Below, piece after piece: positions 17,481 to 27,100 of a stretch of DNA of 64,000 bases. A program made the translations under genes and the position numbers. Each line of letters opens with the position of its first letter. Positions within the stretch are counted from its first letter, which is position 1. Below the pieces are notes generated by a model. The model did no database searches and had not been told where the DNA came from. It saw only the letters and a list, made by a program, of their open reading frames with translations. The DNA is from a bacterium (GTDB lineage: Bacteria > Zixibacteria > MSB-5A5 > GN15 > FEB-12), in assembly GCA_043811375.1 (NCBI GenBank), contig JBDRNJ010000039.1, forward strand, positions 32,001 to 96,000. Direction: 5' to 3'.

Positions 17481-19432
17481 GGGCTGCTTTCCGAACTGTC
17501 CGGAGGATTGAGGTCAATATCCATACCGCCGCCCCATTTGGAATCTGTTATCCAGTAAGCGTTGTCGCTTCCATTGCCGTCGTACTGGTCGTTGCCGCCC
17601 AGGTCGATAAACAGGCCGATTGATCCGAAATCACGCCGTGGGTTGCCATAGCCCTGAGAGTTAAGCCGGTTCTTTACGAAATAGCGGTCATCACCCTCGT
17701 TGTCGATCAACACCCCGACACCGTTGGCCGATCCGGCTCCCTGGGAGAGATCATAGGCGGTGTAGGTATCATCGCCGTGACGATCCAACAGCAGGGCGCA
17801 GGAGTAATCGTGCCCGCAGCCGTGCATGAGACCCTTGCCGAAATAGACATCGGAACCATAGTCATCGATCAAGATGGCCAGCGTCATGTGGGTGGCCGCT
17901 CCCTGGGCGTACTGAAACGAATGGTAGTTGTCGTTACCGGACGAGTCGTAGATAATCCCCAGTGACCACCAGTAGCTGGCCGCCTGGGCGAAGATATCGG
18001 AATAGTAGCTGTCGTTCCCCCGGCAATCGATGATGGCGCCGATACCACCCGAGGCCCACGGGCGCAGTCCTAAACCGAAACCCTGCGAGAGCGACAGGTA
18101 GTGGTCCCTGTATCGCAGAATATCTTTATACTTCCCGCCGGCATAGTAGCTATCGGATCCGTCAGCTTCAAAGATGAGGCCAATTCCCTCGATGGAGCCG
18201 AACCCCTGACAATAAACGGCACCGTTGTAAATATCGCGGCCGCCTTCGTCAATCAGCATCCCGAGACCGAATGTCCCGGCTCCCTGCACGTGAGTGTCGC
18301 CGTCGTAGCGGTCATTGCCGGCGGCGTCGTAAAGCAGCCCCAGTCCGAAATAGCCCGAACCCAGAGCAAACGACCCGGCATCATAACGGTCGTCCCCACC
18401 GAAATCGAGCAGCAGACCCACCGAGAAACATCCCGACCCCAGGGCGTAGTCGGTCTCAGCCCGGTAGCGGTCATCGCCGGCCAGGTCGATAATAATCACT
18501 CCGTGCGGTTGAGCCGGGTCGTAAGTCAGATCGTAGACGTCATCACCGCCAAAATCCAGGATGAAGTCGTAATCGCCCTGATAGTAATCATTGCCAATCC
18601 CACCGATCTTCCAGCCGCTTTGCATGCCCAGATATGACTGGCGGTCGGCGTTGTCGGGCAGGTAACCAAGCCCCTCCAGGATCGTCTTCGCCGACACCTC
18701 GCCCGACTCAAGACGCCGCCTCAGGCCCCTGATTTCAGCCATAAGTCGCTGCAGGCAGTCGATACCGGCAGCTACAATCGGGTCCTTGTCGATAGTCGTG
18801 CCGAACTCCACAAAGTGCTCCGTGTATTGTTCTTCAATTTTCTCCAGGGAATCGATCGCCTCGACCGACAGGAACTCCTCCTCCTCGCTTATGACTATCA
18901 GTTCCTTGAATTCATTCCGCAGAAATCGGCGCTGTTCGGTGCTCAGCCGGGCCAGTGATTTCTCAGTCGAGCGAGGAAAGATTACATCAAGATAGGTGGC
19001 TGCCTGGTTCAGCAGTTGGTTGAAAGCAACATCGTTGTAATAGAGGTTGTAGGGCTGTTGTATCTCGTTGATTTCCGGTTGGTATGGCCGTGAGCGGCTC
19101 TGCTGGTGCTGACCGACCAGGTCCCTGTAAAGCAGGGCCGCCAGAATCTCCGGCTGGGTGGTCACGTGGCTGCTTTTCAGGTCGGTGGCATAGCCGATCA
19201 TCCCTAACGGCTGCTGCATAAGATCGGCGACTATTTTCAGCCGAAAAGAATCCGGCTCGGTATAGTCCGGGCGAAAGCTGATATCATCCGGTTTGAGACC
19301 CAGGTACTCGGTCAAGTGACGCAACCCGAACTGCTCCGGCGATACCGGCAACATCGTTGCATCTTCCTCTCCAGGCAGGCGTCCGGCGGCGAGCAGAAAC
19401 AGCAGAAATACCAATAGACACTTGCGTCTCAT
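17477..19432 (-). CDS. exported protein with many D-x-x-G-[DN]-D-x-Y / GxG repeats
   Basis: Signal peptide; roughly a dozen repeats such as LLDFGGDDRY, LYDAAGNDRY, LIDNEGDDRY separated by SQGxG..G.G motifs. Confidence 0.8.
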   Translation of the reverse strand: MRRKCLLVFLLFLLAAGRLPGEEDATMLPVSPEQFGLRHLTEYLGLKPDDISFRPDYTEPDSFRLKIVADLMQQPLGMIGYATDLKSSHVTTQPEILAALLYRDLVGQHQQSRSRPYQPEINEIQQPYNLYYNDVAFNQLLNQAATYLDVIFPRSTEKSLARLSTEQRRFLRNEFKELIVISEEEEFLSVEAIDSLEKIEEQYTEHFVEFGTTIDKDPIVAAGIDCLQRLMAEIRGLRRRLESGEVSAKTILEGLGYLPDNADRQSYLGMQSGWKIGGIGNDYYQGDYDFILDFGGDDVYDLTYDPAQPHGVIIIDLAGDDRYRAETDYALGSGCFSVGLLLDFGGDDRYDAGSFALGSGYFGLGLLYDAAGNDRYDGDTHVQGAGTFGLGMLIDEGGRDIYNGAVYCQGFGSIEGIGLIFEADGSDSYYAGGKYKDILRYRDHYLSLSQGFGLGLRPWASGGIGAIIDCRGNDSYYSDIFAQAASYWWSLGIIYDSSGNDNYHSFQYAQGAATHMTLAILIDDYGSDVYFGKGLMHGCGHDYSCALLLDRHGDDTYTAYDLSQGAGSANGVGVLIDNEGDDRYFVKNRLNSQGYGNPRRDFGSIGLFIDLGGNDQYDGNGSDNAYWITDSKWGGGMDIDLNPPDSSESSP

Positions 19433-19497
19433 AAGCTGCAAGTATCACAACGGCAGCGGCGGAATCAACAACAATTGCCGGTATACCGGGGACACCG

Positions 19498-19812
19498 TTA
19501 CTTGTGGGGCAACCCCTTGGTTGTGAACCGCGATCATAGATCGCGGCCACACGGACTTTTATTGGCTGGAGACGAATTTCCACCCTGCCAAATTGTAATG
19601 TTTTGAGGGTGACGTCAGGCGACTCGAGGCTGTCCTAAAAGGTGATAATTACAGCTCGCGTAGGGTGGGGGCTTGTCTCCCGCCAATAGAAATGGCGATG
19701 CCACCGGCGGACGTAAAGCCCGCCGCTACGCGGGTTTACCGAATGACGATTTATTCGATGCAACGTTAAATGTACTCAAAGCTTACTTGTGGGGCAACCT
19801 CGGGTCGCCCGA
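19498..19812. repeat. cluster of REP-like palindromes
   Basis: 17-bp direct repeat TTACTTGTGGGGCAACC (19498, 19783); inverted pair of GTAG-tailed palindromes at 19657-19685 and 19701-19732. Confidence 0.7.
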
Positions 19813-19826
19813 CAGCACTTCAGCAT

Positions 19827-19855
19827 AAAAAAAGCCCCCTTTACAGGGGGCTTTT
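19827..19855 (-). terminator. intrinsic terminator after pilin 1 (probably bidirectional)
   Basis: AAAAAAAGCCCCCT-TTAC-AGGGGGCTTTT. Confidence 0.85.
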
Positions 19856-19880
19856 CTGATTCGATCAGATGCGTGTTGTA

Positions 19881-20294
19881 TTACACGTCGTTGATCGTGC
19901 AAACCAGGACACCGGCCTGGGTTATCGTCCAGGTGTCAACCACGGCGTCGTCATCGAGGTTGGCGGTGGCGGTGAAAGTGTTGGCGGCAGCCACTATAGA
20001 GTACGTGTACAGGGCGCTGGTCATAACATCAACACCGATCTGCGGGAAAGTACCTCCGGCAGCGGCGGCAATGCTCACACCGTTGTCACCATAGGTGGTG
20101 TTGGCCTGACGGTAGGTGCGCTGCATGGTGTAAATCTGCTTCAGAAGCTGTTTGGCTTCCGACTGCTTGGACTTGGTGGTCGCCTGCATGAAACGCGGAA
20201 TAGCCAGGGCAGCCAGAATACCGATGATCACGACCACGATCATCAACTCGATAAGGGTGAAACCCTTCTGGCGATTGTGGAACTTAGTGAACAT
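19881..20294 (-). CDS. pilA: type IVa pilin (copy 1)
   Basis: Class III signal KG|FTLIELMIVVVIIGILAALAIP; GGAGG SD. Confidence 0.9.
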   Translation of the reverse strand: MFTKFHNRQKGFTLIELMIVVVIIGILAALAIPRFMQATTKSKQSEAKQLLKQIYTMQRTYRQANTTYGDNGVSIAAAAGGTFPQIGVDVMTSALYTYSIVAAANTFTATANLDDDAVVDTWTITQAGVLVCTINDV

Positions 20295-20363
20295 TAAAAC
20301 CTCCTACGGTTTTTGATTTAGGTTTTTTGGTTCTGGTTCAGTTTCGTTGTTGCTATCTCCATC

Positions 20364-20380
20364 GGCAAAGACCGTACCCC
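20364..20380 (-). promoter_or_regulatory. sigma-54 (-24/-12) promoter of pilin 1
   Basis: Minus strand GG-TACGGTCTTT-GC (GG-N10-GC with TTGC), 70 bp upstream of the ATG; sigma-54 activator encoded nearby. Confidence 0.65.
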
Positions 20381-20605
20381 GGTTGATGACTATTTTTGAA
20401 CAACCTTGATAGGCTGCAACCGCCTGCTATGAGCGGGAATACCTGATTATGTCGACCGGGTATGGCCTGTCGTCAACAGTCGGGAAAGATCATGCCGTAA
20501 ATGTCCGGAGCAAAACGCCAGACCTTTTGCATTCTGCAATGAGCGGGAGGGGTGGCAGGCCTTTTTTACCTGACGTTGTTTGGTGCTAATTATGATAGCT
20601 GCCCA

Positions 20606-20841
20606 GGTGGCGGGTTCGAAGACGGACCCGCCCTACGGGGAGTGTTGAGAAACCTGCGTTTCACGTCATCGCGAGGTACGCCTTGCGTGCCGTGGCGATC
20701 TCAATTTACTGCTGGAAACTGAGCCCGGTAGGTCAAACCTTGCCGCTACGCAATTAAGGGCGGCTTGCCGCTCGGAACCACAGGGGCTCCAACCTACCAG
20801 ACCCTATATCGCGTAGTGGCGGGCTTTATGTCCGCCGGTGG
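20606..20841. repeat. second cluster of REP-like palindromes between the pilins
   Basis: GGCGGGTTCGAAGACGGACCCGCC-CTAC, GTCATCGCGAG...GCGATCTC, GGTAGGT...ACCTACC, and 20810-20841, an inverted copy (30/32) of 19701-19732. Confidence 0.7.
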
Positions 20842-20912
20842 TAAATCACTTCTGTATGTATGAGACAAACCTTGATGTTAAGCAGCGTTGCCCGATTGCA
20901 GACAACCCAAAG

Positions 20913-20937
20913 AAAAAGCCCGCCTCAGGCGGGCTTT
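20913..20937 (-). terminator. intrinsic terminator after pilin 2
   Basis: AAAAAGCCCGCC-TCA-GGCGGGCTTT. Confidence 0.85.
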
Positions 20938-20958
20938 AAGCGGTATCGATACTCGGGC

Positions 20959-21387
20959 TCAGGTGCTGACATCATTGATAGGGTTTTGCAGAATTCCTGT
21001 CTGGTCGATAGTCCAGGTATCTATGGCGGCATCATCGTCGATATTGGCCGTGGCGGTAGCCGTGAAGGCATTGGCGCCGCCGACTACGATATAGGTGTAT
21101 TTGGCGTCCTGCATAATCTCAATCCATATCTGGTTTAATGCATTGGGTGCAGCGGCAGATGCCGGACCACCCGGAATATAGTAGCTGTTGATCATCGACT
21201 GCTGCCGATAGGTGCGCTGGTTGACATAAATCTGCTTGAGGATGAGCTTTGCCTCGGACTGCTTGGTTTGGGTGGCGGCGCGCATGAATCGAGGAATTGC
21301 CAGTGCCGCCAGGATGCCGATTATGACCACGACAATCATCAACTCTATCAGGGTAAAACCTCTTGGACCGTTGAGCCTTTGTCTCAT
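20959..21387 (-). CDS. pilA: type IVa pilin (copy 2)
   Basis: RG|FTLIELMIVVVIIGILAALAIPRF; paralog of 19881..20294. Confidence 0.88.
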   Translation of the reverse strand: MRQRLNGPRGFTLIELMIVVVIIGILAALAIPRFMRAATQTKQSEAKLILKQIYVNQRTYRQQSMINSYYIPGGPASAAAPNALNQIWIEIMQDAKYTYIVVGGANAFTATATANIDDDAAIDTWTIDQTGILQNPINDVST

Positions 21388-21428
21388 TTTTCCCTCACTT
21401 CTTAAAAAAGTCTCTGCCTGTAGAAAAC

Positions 21429-21445
21429 GGCAAATCCTGTTCCCG
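21429..21445 (-). promoter_or_regulatory. sigma-54 (-24/-12) promoter of pilin 2
   Basis: Minus strand GG-AACAGGATTT-GC, with the same G-GG..AC....TTGCCG context as the pilin 1 site. Confidence 0.55.
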
Positions 21446-21463
21446 GTAACTGGTCAAAACCTG

Positions 21464-22867
21464 CTACTTCTTCTTTGTTTCGGGTTTCGGCCGGGAAGAT
21501 CCCTCGACCAAGAACTCCCTCATCTGGTAGCGTTGAATTTTCCGGTACAGCGTCGAAGTGTCAATACCCAGGATCCTGGCCGTTGCCGCTTTCTTGCCGC
21601 CGGTCTGGCTCATGACGTAGTGGATATAAGCCTTTTCGATCGACTCCAGGGTCGGTGTGGCCGCCTCGGCCTCACTTACCACCGTCACCGGTTGGGGTCG
21701 GCGTAATTTCTCGGGGAAATCGACAACGTCCAGGGTCTCGGTTCGGTTGAGCAGAACAGCCCGTTCAATGGTATTCTCCAGCTCCCGTACGTTTCCGGGC
21801 CACCAATAATTTTCCAGCACGGCCATTGCACGGGGTGAGACAACCTTGACCGGCAGTTTTAGCTTTTGGCAAAAAATCGAGACGAAATGCCCGGTCAGTA
21901 GTTTAATATCTTCCTTACGCTCCCGCAGTGGTGGAATGTGTATGGGGACAACATTGAGGCGGTAGAAAAGATCGCTGCGAAAGCGTCCCGTTCTGACTTC
22001 TTCCTCCAGGTCGGAGTTGGTGGCTGCTACCAGACGCACATCAACTTCAACCGGACTGGTGCCTCCCACCGGGGTGATCTTCTTGTCTTCGAGCACCCTC
22101 AGCAGTTTGACCTGGATGGCTGTGGAGATGTTGCCGACCTCATCGAGGAAAAAGGTGCCGCCATCGGCCACCTGAAACAACCCCTCTTTCTCGCTTATGG
22201 CACCGGTAAAAGCACCCTTTTTGTGTCCGAACAATTCCGACTCCAGCAGGGTTTCCGGCAGCGCCGCGCAATTGATGGTCACAAAAGGCCCGTTGCTGCG
22301 GGGAGAATGGTGATGCAGGGCTTTGGTGATTAGGTCCTTGCCGGTGCCGGATTCGCCAAGGACCAGCACCGTAGAATCGGACGCCGCAATCCGCATGGTC
22401 AGTTTTTTCAGCAACACCACCGATTCTGAAGCGCCGAGGAAATTGTCGAAAGAGTTGTTATCCTCAAGCTGCTTCTTGAGTGACTGGTTTTCGCTGATGA
22501 GTTGTTTGCGTCTAATGCTGCGTTCAATGGCGAGTTTGATCTCATCGATTTTGAACGGTTTGGTAACGTAATCCAAGGCGCCCTGTTTCATCGCCTCAAT
22601 GGCGGAGTCGACCGATGCATAGGCGGTCATGACAATCAGGTCCTGTTCGGATTTGAACGCTTTGATCTCCCTCAGCACATCAATGCCCGACATTTCGGGC
22701 ATACTCAAATCAGCCAGAACCAGGTCATAGTTGTTTTCTTTGAGCAGAATTACACCCGCTTTCCCGGAACCGGCGGTATCGACCCGGTAACCCTCCTTGG
22801 TCAGCATTATTTCCATGAAATTGCACATGGAGTCTTCATCGTCGATAACAAGTATTCTGGCCGGCAT
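21464..22867 (-). CDS. sigma-54-dependent response regulator (PilR/NtrC family)
   Basis: REC domain (ILVIDDE, D..MP), GESGTGK, ESELFGH..GAFTGA, FRSDLFYRLNV, WPGNVREL, Fis-type HTH. Confidence 0.95.
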   Translation of the reverse strand: MPARILVIDDEDSMCNFMEIMLTKEGYRVDTAGSGKAGVILLKENNYDLVLADLSMPEMSGIDVLREIKAFKSEQDLIVMTAYASVDSAIEAMKQGALDYVTKPFKIDEIKLAIERSIRRKQLISENQSLKKQLEDNNSFDNFLGASESVVLLKKLTMRIAASDSTVLVLGESGTGKDLITKALHHHSPRSNGPFVTINCAALPETLLESELFGHKKGAFTGAISEKEGLFQVADGGTFFLDEVGNISTAIQVKLLRVLEDKKITPVGGTSPVEVDVRLVAATNSDLEEEVRTGRFRSDLFYRLNVVPIHIPPLRERKEDIKLLTGHFVSIFCQKLKLPVKVVSPRAMAVLENYWWPGNVRELENTIERAVLLNRTETLDVVDFPEKLRRPQPVTVVSEAEAATPTLESIEKAYIHYVMSQTGGKKAATARILGIDTSTLYRKIQRYQMREFLVEGSSRPKPETKKK

Positions 22868-23037
22868 AGAATCTCCCATTCGGGGTCCGACAGGTCGACC
22901 GGACCCTATCAATATAATATTCGGCAGACACCCGGGCGCCTGTACGGTTGCCCGGGACAATGGTCACAGATTGAACAGGCGGTTGACGGTCGGGCGAGGT
23001 CTGACTACATTGAACATGGTCGAAAAGCCTGAAAATT

Positions 23038-24048
23038 ATGGGTAACCCATTGGAAAAATACTCACACCGCGACCGCCTGGAAATGATAATGGCCGGCGAG
23101 AGACCCGACCGGTTTGCAGCTTCCTTCTGGAGACACTTCTTCCACATGGAGCACCACGCCGAGGGCACCGCCGAAGCCATGGTTTTTTTCCAAAAGATGT
23201 TTGACTGGGACTTCGTCAAGATTAATCCCCGGGCCGACTATCATGTCGAGGACTGGGGGTTCCGACAGGAATGGTCCCACAACGAGTTCAACAAGCACCG
23301 TAAGACGCACTTTCCCGTTACATCAGTAGAAGACTGGGATAATATCGCCCGGCTGGAACCGACCGCGGCGGTGCTGGCCGAACACTTGAGGGTGATATCA
23401 CTGGTGCGCAAAGGCTGCGGCAAAGAAGTACCGATTCTGATGACCCTGTTCAGTCCGCTGGCGGTGGCCGGCCGCATGGTATCAGATCGACAACTGCTGG
23501 CAGGTCATTTACGGCAACATCCCGACCGGATGGAAAGTGTTCTGGAGGTTATCACCGATACTTACGTCGGGTACACCGCCGAAATCCGCAACGCCGGCGC
23601 CGACGGCCTCTTTTTCGCCACCACCCAGTGGGCTTCCGGTGATATGTTAACCTGGGAGGAATACCAGCGTTTCGGTGTTCCTTACGATCTGAGGGTAATA
23701 GCCAGCGCCGAGAGCGATGCTCTCAATCTTTTGCACGTCTGTTGCTCGAACAATTTCCTGCCGCAACTGGCCGAGATCGATTACAACTGCCGGTTGTACA
23801 ACTACGACAGTAACGATGAGACCAATCTCTCCCTGGAGCAAGCCGGTCGGCTGCTTTCCGGGAGGACCCTGGTCGGTGGCGTCGATGGTCAGGACTGGCT
23901 GCTTAAGGGCACACCTGACGACGTACACCGACGGATCGAAACCTTCAAGGCCGCCCATGATGCCGGCCGCCTGATAATCGGTCCCGGTTGTGTGGTGCCA
24001 CCGGAAGTCCCGCTGGACAACCTGCGAGCCGTACGGGAAACACTCTGA
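23038..24048 (+). CDS. uroporphyrinogen decarboxylase (URO-D) superfamily protein
   Basis: AGADGLFF, LLHVC, LIIGPGCVVP..P..NL motifs of URO-D/MtaA-like TIM barrels; not a clear HemE. Confidence 0.8.
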   Translation: MGNPLEKYSHRDRLEMIMAGERPDRFAASFWRHFFHMEHHAEGTAEAMVFFQKMFDWDFVKINPRADYHVEDWGFRQEWSHNEFNKHRKTHFPVTSVEDWDNIARLEPTAAVLAEHLRVISLVRKGCGKEVPILMTLFSPLAVAGRMVSDRQLLAGHLRQHPDRMESVLEVITDTYVGYTAEIRNAGADGLFFATTQWASGDMLTWEEYQRFGVPYDLRVIASAESDALNLLHVCCSNNFLPQLAEIDYNCRLYNYDSNDETNLSLEQAGRLLSGRTLVGGVDGQDWLLKGTPDDVHRRIETFKAAHDAGRLIIGPGCVVPPEVPLDNLRAVRETL

Positions 24049-24512
24049 TGGATAAACGCCGGGCCAAACTGATTGCCGACGTTACTGCCGCAATCGCCGA
24101 CAAGCATACGGAATCCGACATCCTGAAGATTACTGTGCAACTGATTGACGCTTTCTCCGACGGTTATGACTGGACCGGTTTCTACATGATGCACCGGGGC
24201 GTGCTCGAGGTGGGACCGTACGTCGGTCCGGAGACGCCCCATACACGAATTGAACTCAACAGCGGCATCTGCGGTGCTGCCGCATCGCAAAAAAAGGCAA
24301 TCGTGGTGGACGACGTCAACGCCGACCTGCGCTTTTTGGCCTGCTCGACAACTACCCGATCTGAAATCGTGGTGCCTCTCATGGACGGCGACACCTGCCT
24401 GGGTGAGATTGACATCGACTCCAATCAACCGGCGTTCTTCACGGACGATGACAAGGAGATGCTTAAGGTCATCGCCGGTCTGATTGTTCAAAGACTGAAA
24501 GGAATCATGTAG
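24048..24512 (+). CDS. GAF domain protein, MsrC/YebR-like
   Basis: WTGFY, GPYVG, GICGAAA, LACS...RSEIVVPL, GEIDIDS. Confidence 0.85.
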   Translation: MDKRRAKLIADVTAAIADKHTESDILKITVQLIDAFSDGYDWTGFYMMHRGVLEVGPYVGPETPHTRIELNSGICGAAASQKKAIVVDDVNADLRFLACSTTTRSEIVVPLMDGDTCLGEIDIDSNQPAFFTDDDKEMLKVIAGLIVQRLKGIM

Positions 24513-24542
24513 AGTCGTTCGAGGTGCCGGCGCCGAGGCTCA

Positions 24543-24977
24543 TTATTTCCGCCGACGTCTTTCCTGAAGCTCAACGAGAACACCACTGGCGCTCGAAGGA
24601 TGCACGAAGGCAATTCTGCCGCCCTGGGCACCCACTTGCGGCTCCTGATCTATCAACCGAACCCCGGCGGCTTTCAGTTGTGACAGCTTTTCTTCGATAT
24701 TGTCCACGTAGATGCAGACGTGATGCAAGCCCTCACCCCTTTTGTCGATAAAGGTTGCCAGCGGGCTGTCCCCGGACAGGGGCGTCACCAGTTCGATGCG
24801 ACTGTCGGTGGCGGAGTCGGGGTCGTCGGACGTGGGGAAGATGGCCACCCTGACCTTCTGTCGAGGTACCTCCTCAATTTCAGGCCGATCGCAGCCGGTC
24901 AATAACCGATAGCGCGCTACGGCTTTCTCAAGATCTTTTACGGCGATACCTATGTGTGAAACCAGAGGCTTATCCAT
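24543..24977 (-). CDS. mce: methylmalonyl-CoA epimerase
   Basis: HIGIAV, IELVTP, FI.KRGEGLHHVC, IAFVHP...GVLVELQE. Confidence 0.92.
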   Translation of the reverse strand: MDKPLVSHIGIAVKDLEKAVARYRLLTGCDRPEIEEVPRQKVRVAIFPTSDDPDSATDSRIELVTPLSGDSPLATFIDKRGEGLHHVCIYVDNIEEKLSQLKAAGVRLIDQEPQVGAQGGRIAFVHPSSASGVLVELQERRRRK

Positions 24978-24978
24978 A

Positions 24979-25533
24979 CTACGGCTGCCCGGTCTCTTCT
25001 TCCTCAATTGCCGCGGCCGAGTCGGCTGCTCGTATCATACCCTCGTATGCCATCTGCAGGTCAATGGAGGTAACCGTCGGTTTGATCCAGCGGCCCCGGT
25101 GATAGAAGATCTGCAACTTCTCGCGCAGAAACGTTTCCTGTCCGGTCGGTCCTTCGAAGTGTACGGTAACATCGACCAGGGCCGAGTCCCGGTCGAAAAA
25201 CTCGATTTGTCGCACTTCGATAAAGGTGAGAGTATCGGCATTGGCCCAGCGAACCTGTCCCATTCCGAGATACTCGTCGAAGGTATTTTCGTCAGTGAAG
25301 TATTCAAACTCGTTATCATACAAGCCCGATTTGTCGCCGTATCGCAGACGATCCATGACATCGTTAAGCATTCTCTCGATACGATCTTCCTCGGAAAGAC
25401 TGTCGGCGACCTCCTGCACGGCAATAGTGTCGACGGTTTTGTGTTCGGAACCACTTTCTTTGCCGCATGTCCCTAAAAAGAAAACTATTACTCCGAAAAA
25501 CAAAAGCCGCGTTGCGTTAGACACCGGTCTCAT
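24979..25533 (-). CDS. hypothetical lipoprotein
   Basis: Hydrophobic signal ending FLGT|C; embedded in the mutase operon. Confidence 0.65.
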   Translation of the reverse strand: MRPVSNATRLLFFGVIVFFLGTCGKESGSEHKTVDTIAVQEVADSLSEEDRIERMLNDVMDRLRYGDKSGLYDNEFEYFTDENTFDEYLGMGQVRWANADTLTFIEVRQIEFFDRDSALVDVTVHFEGPTGQETFLREKLQIFYHRGRWIKPTVTSIDLQMAYEGMIRAADSAAAIEEEETGQP

Positions 25534-27100
25534 GGTATTCACCCCACACTTGCCGAAAGACATTTGAAATTTCTCCCACCGTGGCATAGTTCTCCACCGC
25601 ATGTATTACAGGTTCCACAATGTTTTCACCGGCCACGGCTGATTCTTTCAGGAGCCGCAGATCGCGGTTTATCTGTTCGTTATCGCGGTTGCTTCGTCGC
25701 CGCTTCAGTTCCTCAACCTGCTTCTGTTCGAGTTGAGGATCAAGTTTTAAGATACCGGGCAAATCTGTCCTATCTGACTCAAACCGATTGACGCCAACCA
25801 CCACCGAGGTCTTATCTTCCACGCTCTTCTGGTATCGGTAGGCCGAGCGGGCGATTTCGTCCCGGAAATAGCCGCTTTCAATGCAGCACACCGAGCCGCC
25901 GCGCTCCTCAACGGTATCCATCTGAGAGCGGATTTCTTTTTCCAGTTCCCGGGTGAGGTACTCCACGTAATACGAGCCACCGAGCGGATCGGCCGAGGCC
26001 GCCGCGCCTGATTCGTGCGCCAGGATCTGTTGCGTTCGCAGGGCGATGGCGACCGATTTTTCGGTCGGCAGGGCCAGTGCTTCGTCATAGGCATTGGTAT
26101 GCAGTGATTGTGTTCCCCCCAACACGGCCGCCAGGGCCTGGACGGTCGTCCGGACGATATTGTTCTCCGGCTGCTGGGCGGTCAGGGTGGAGCCGCCGGT
26201 TTGCGTGTGAAAACGCAACAGCAGCGATCGCTCGTTTTTGGCGCCGAAGCGTTCTTTCATTATCTGTGCCCATATCCGACGTGCCGAGCGGAATTTGGCT
26301 ACTTCCTCGAACAGGTCATTGTGGGCCGCAAAGAAAAACGACAGCCGGGGCGCGAACCGGTCGATATCCAGCCCCGCCGAGAGCGCTGCCCCGGTATAGG
26401 CGATAGCGTTCGACAGGGTGAAGGCAACCTCCTGCGCGGCGGTAGCACCGGCCTCACGAATATGGTAACCGGAAATCGAAATGGTATTGTAGCGGGGGAG
26501 ATGCTCGTTGGTCCAGGCAAAAATGTCGGTGATGATCTTCATTGATGGCTCCGGCGGCAGGATATAAGTACCCCGGGCGATAAACTCCTTAAGCACGTCG
26601 TTCTGGACCGTACCCGTGAGATTTTTTAATGATACCCCCTGTTTCTTTCCGACGGCAACGTACATGGCCAGCAGGATGACGGCCGTGGAGTTGATCGTCA
26701 TCGAGGTTGACACCTTATCCAGCGGAATGCCGTCAAACAGCGTTTCCATATCGTGCAGGGAATCGATAGCCACCCCGGTGCGGCCCACTTCTCCGGCCGC
26801 CATCGGGTGGTCGGAGTCGTAGCCGATTTGCGTGGCCAGGTCAAAAGCCACCGACAACCCGGTCTGACCTTTGTCGAGCAGGTACCTGAAACGGCGGTTG
26901 GTTTCCTCGGCGGAGCCGAACCCGGCGTACTGGCGCATCGTCCACAAACGACCCCGGTACATATCGGCATAAACACCGCGCGTGTACGGATACTTCCCTG
27001 GCGGAGGCAAGGCCTCTTTTACGGTACCGACCGCTTCGTTTTCCATGGCAATCACCGGAATCTCAATACCCGATGTCGTCTTTCGTGATTCGTCCGCCAC
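25517..27100 (-). CDS. methylmalonyl-CoA mutase, large (substrate-binding) subunit
   Basis: [40 protein letters not shown]; Tyr/Arg specificity pair; no B12 domain. Confidence 0.92.
   Translation of the reverse strand: MADESRKTTSGIEIPVIAMENEAVGTVKEALPPPGKYPYTRGVYADMYRGRLWTMRQYAGFGSAEETNRRFRYLLDKGQTGLSVAFDLATQIGYDSDHPMAAGEVGRTGVAIDSLHDMETLFDGIPLDKVSTSMTINSTAVILLAMYVAVGKKQGVSLKNLTGTVQNDVLKEFIARGTYILPPEPSMKIITDIFAWTNEHLPRYNTISISGYHIREAGATAAQEVAFTLSNAIAYTGAALSAGLDIDRFAPRLSFFFAAHNDLFEEVAKFRSARRIWAQIMKERFGAKNERSLLLRFHTQTGGSTLTAQQPENNIVRTTVQALAAVLGGTQSLHTNAYDEALALPTEKSVAIALRTQQILAHESGAAASADPLGGSYYVEYLTRELEKEIRSQMDTVEERGGSVCCIESGYFRDEIARSAYRYQKSVEDKTSVVVGVNRFESDRTDLPGILKLDPQLEQKQVEELKRRRSNRDNEQINRDLRLLKESAVAGENIVEPVIHAVENYATVGEISNVFRQVWGEYHETGV

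Noticed and set aside
19881..21387. Electrically conductive (e-pili) pilins
   Set aside because: Hand count gives 10/126 and 11/132 aromatic residues (about 8%) and position 27 is Ala, below the usual heuristic criteria.
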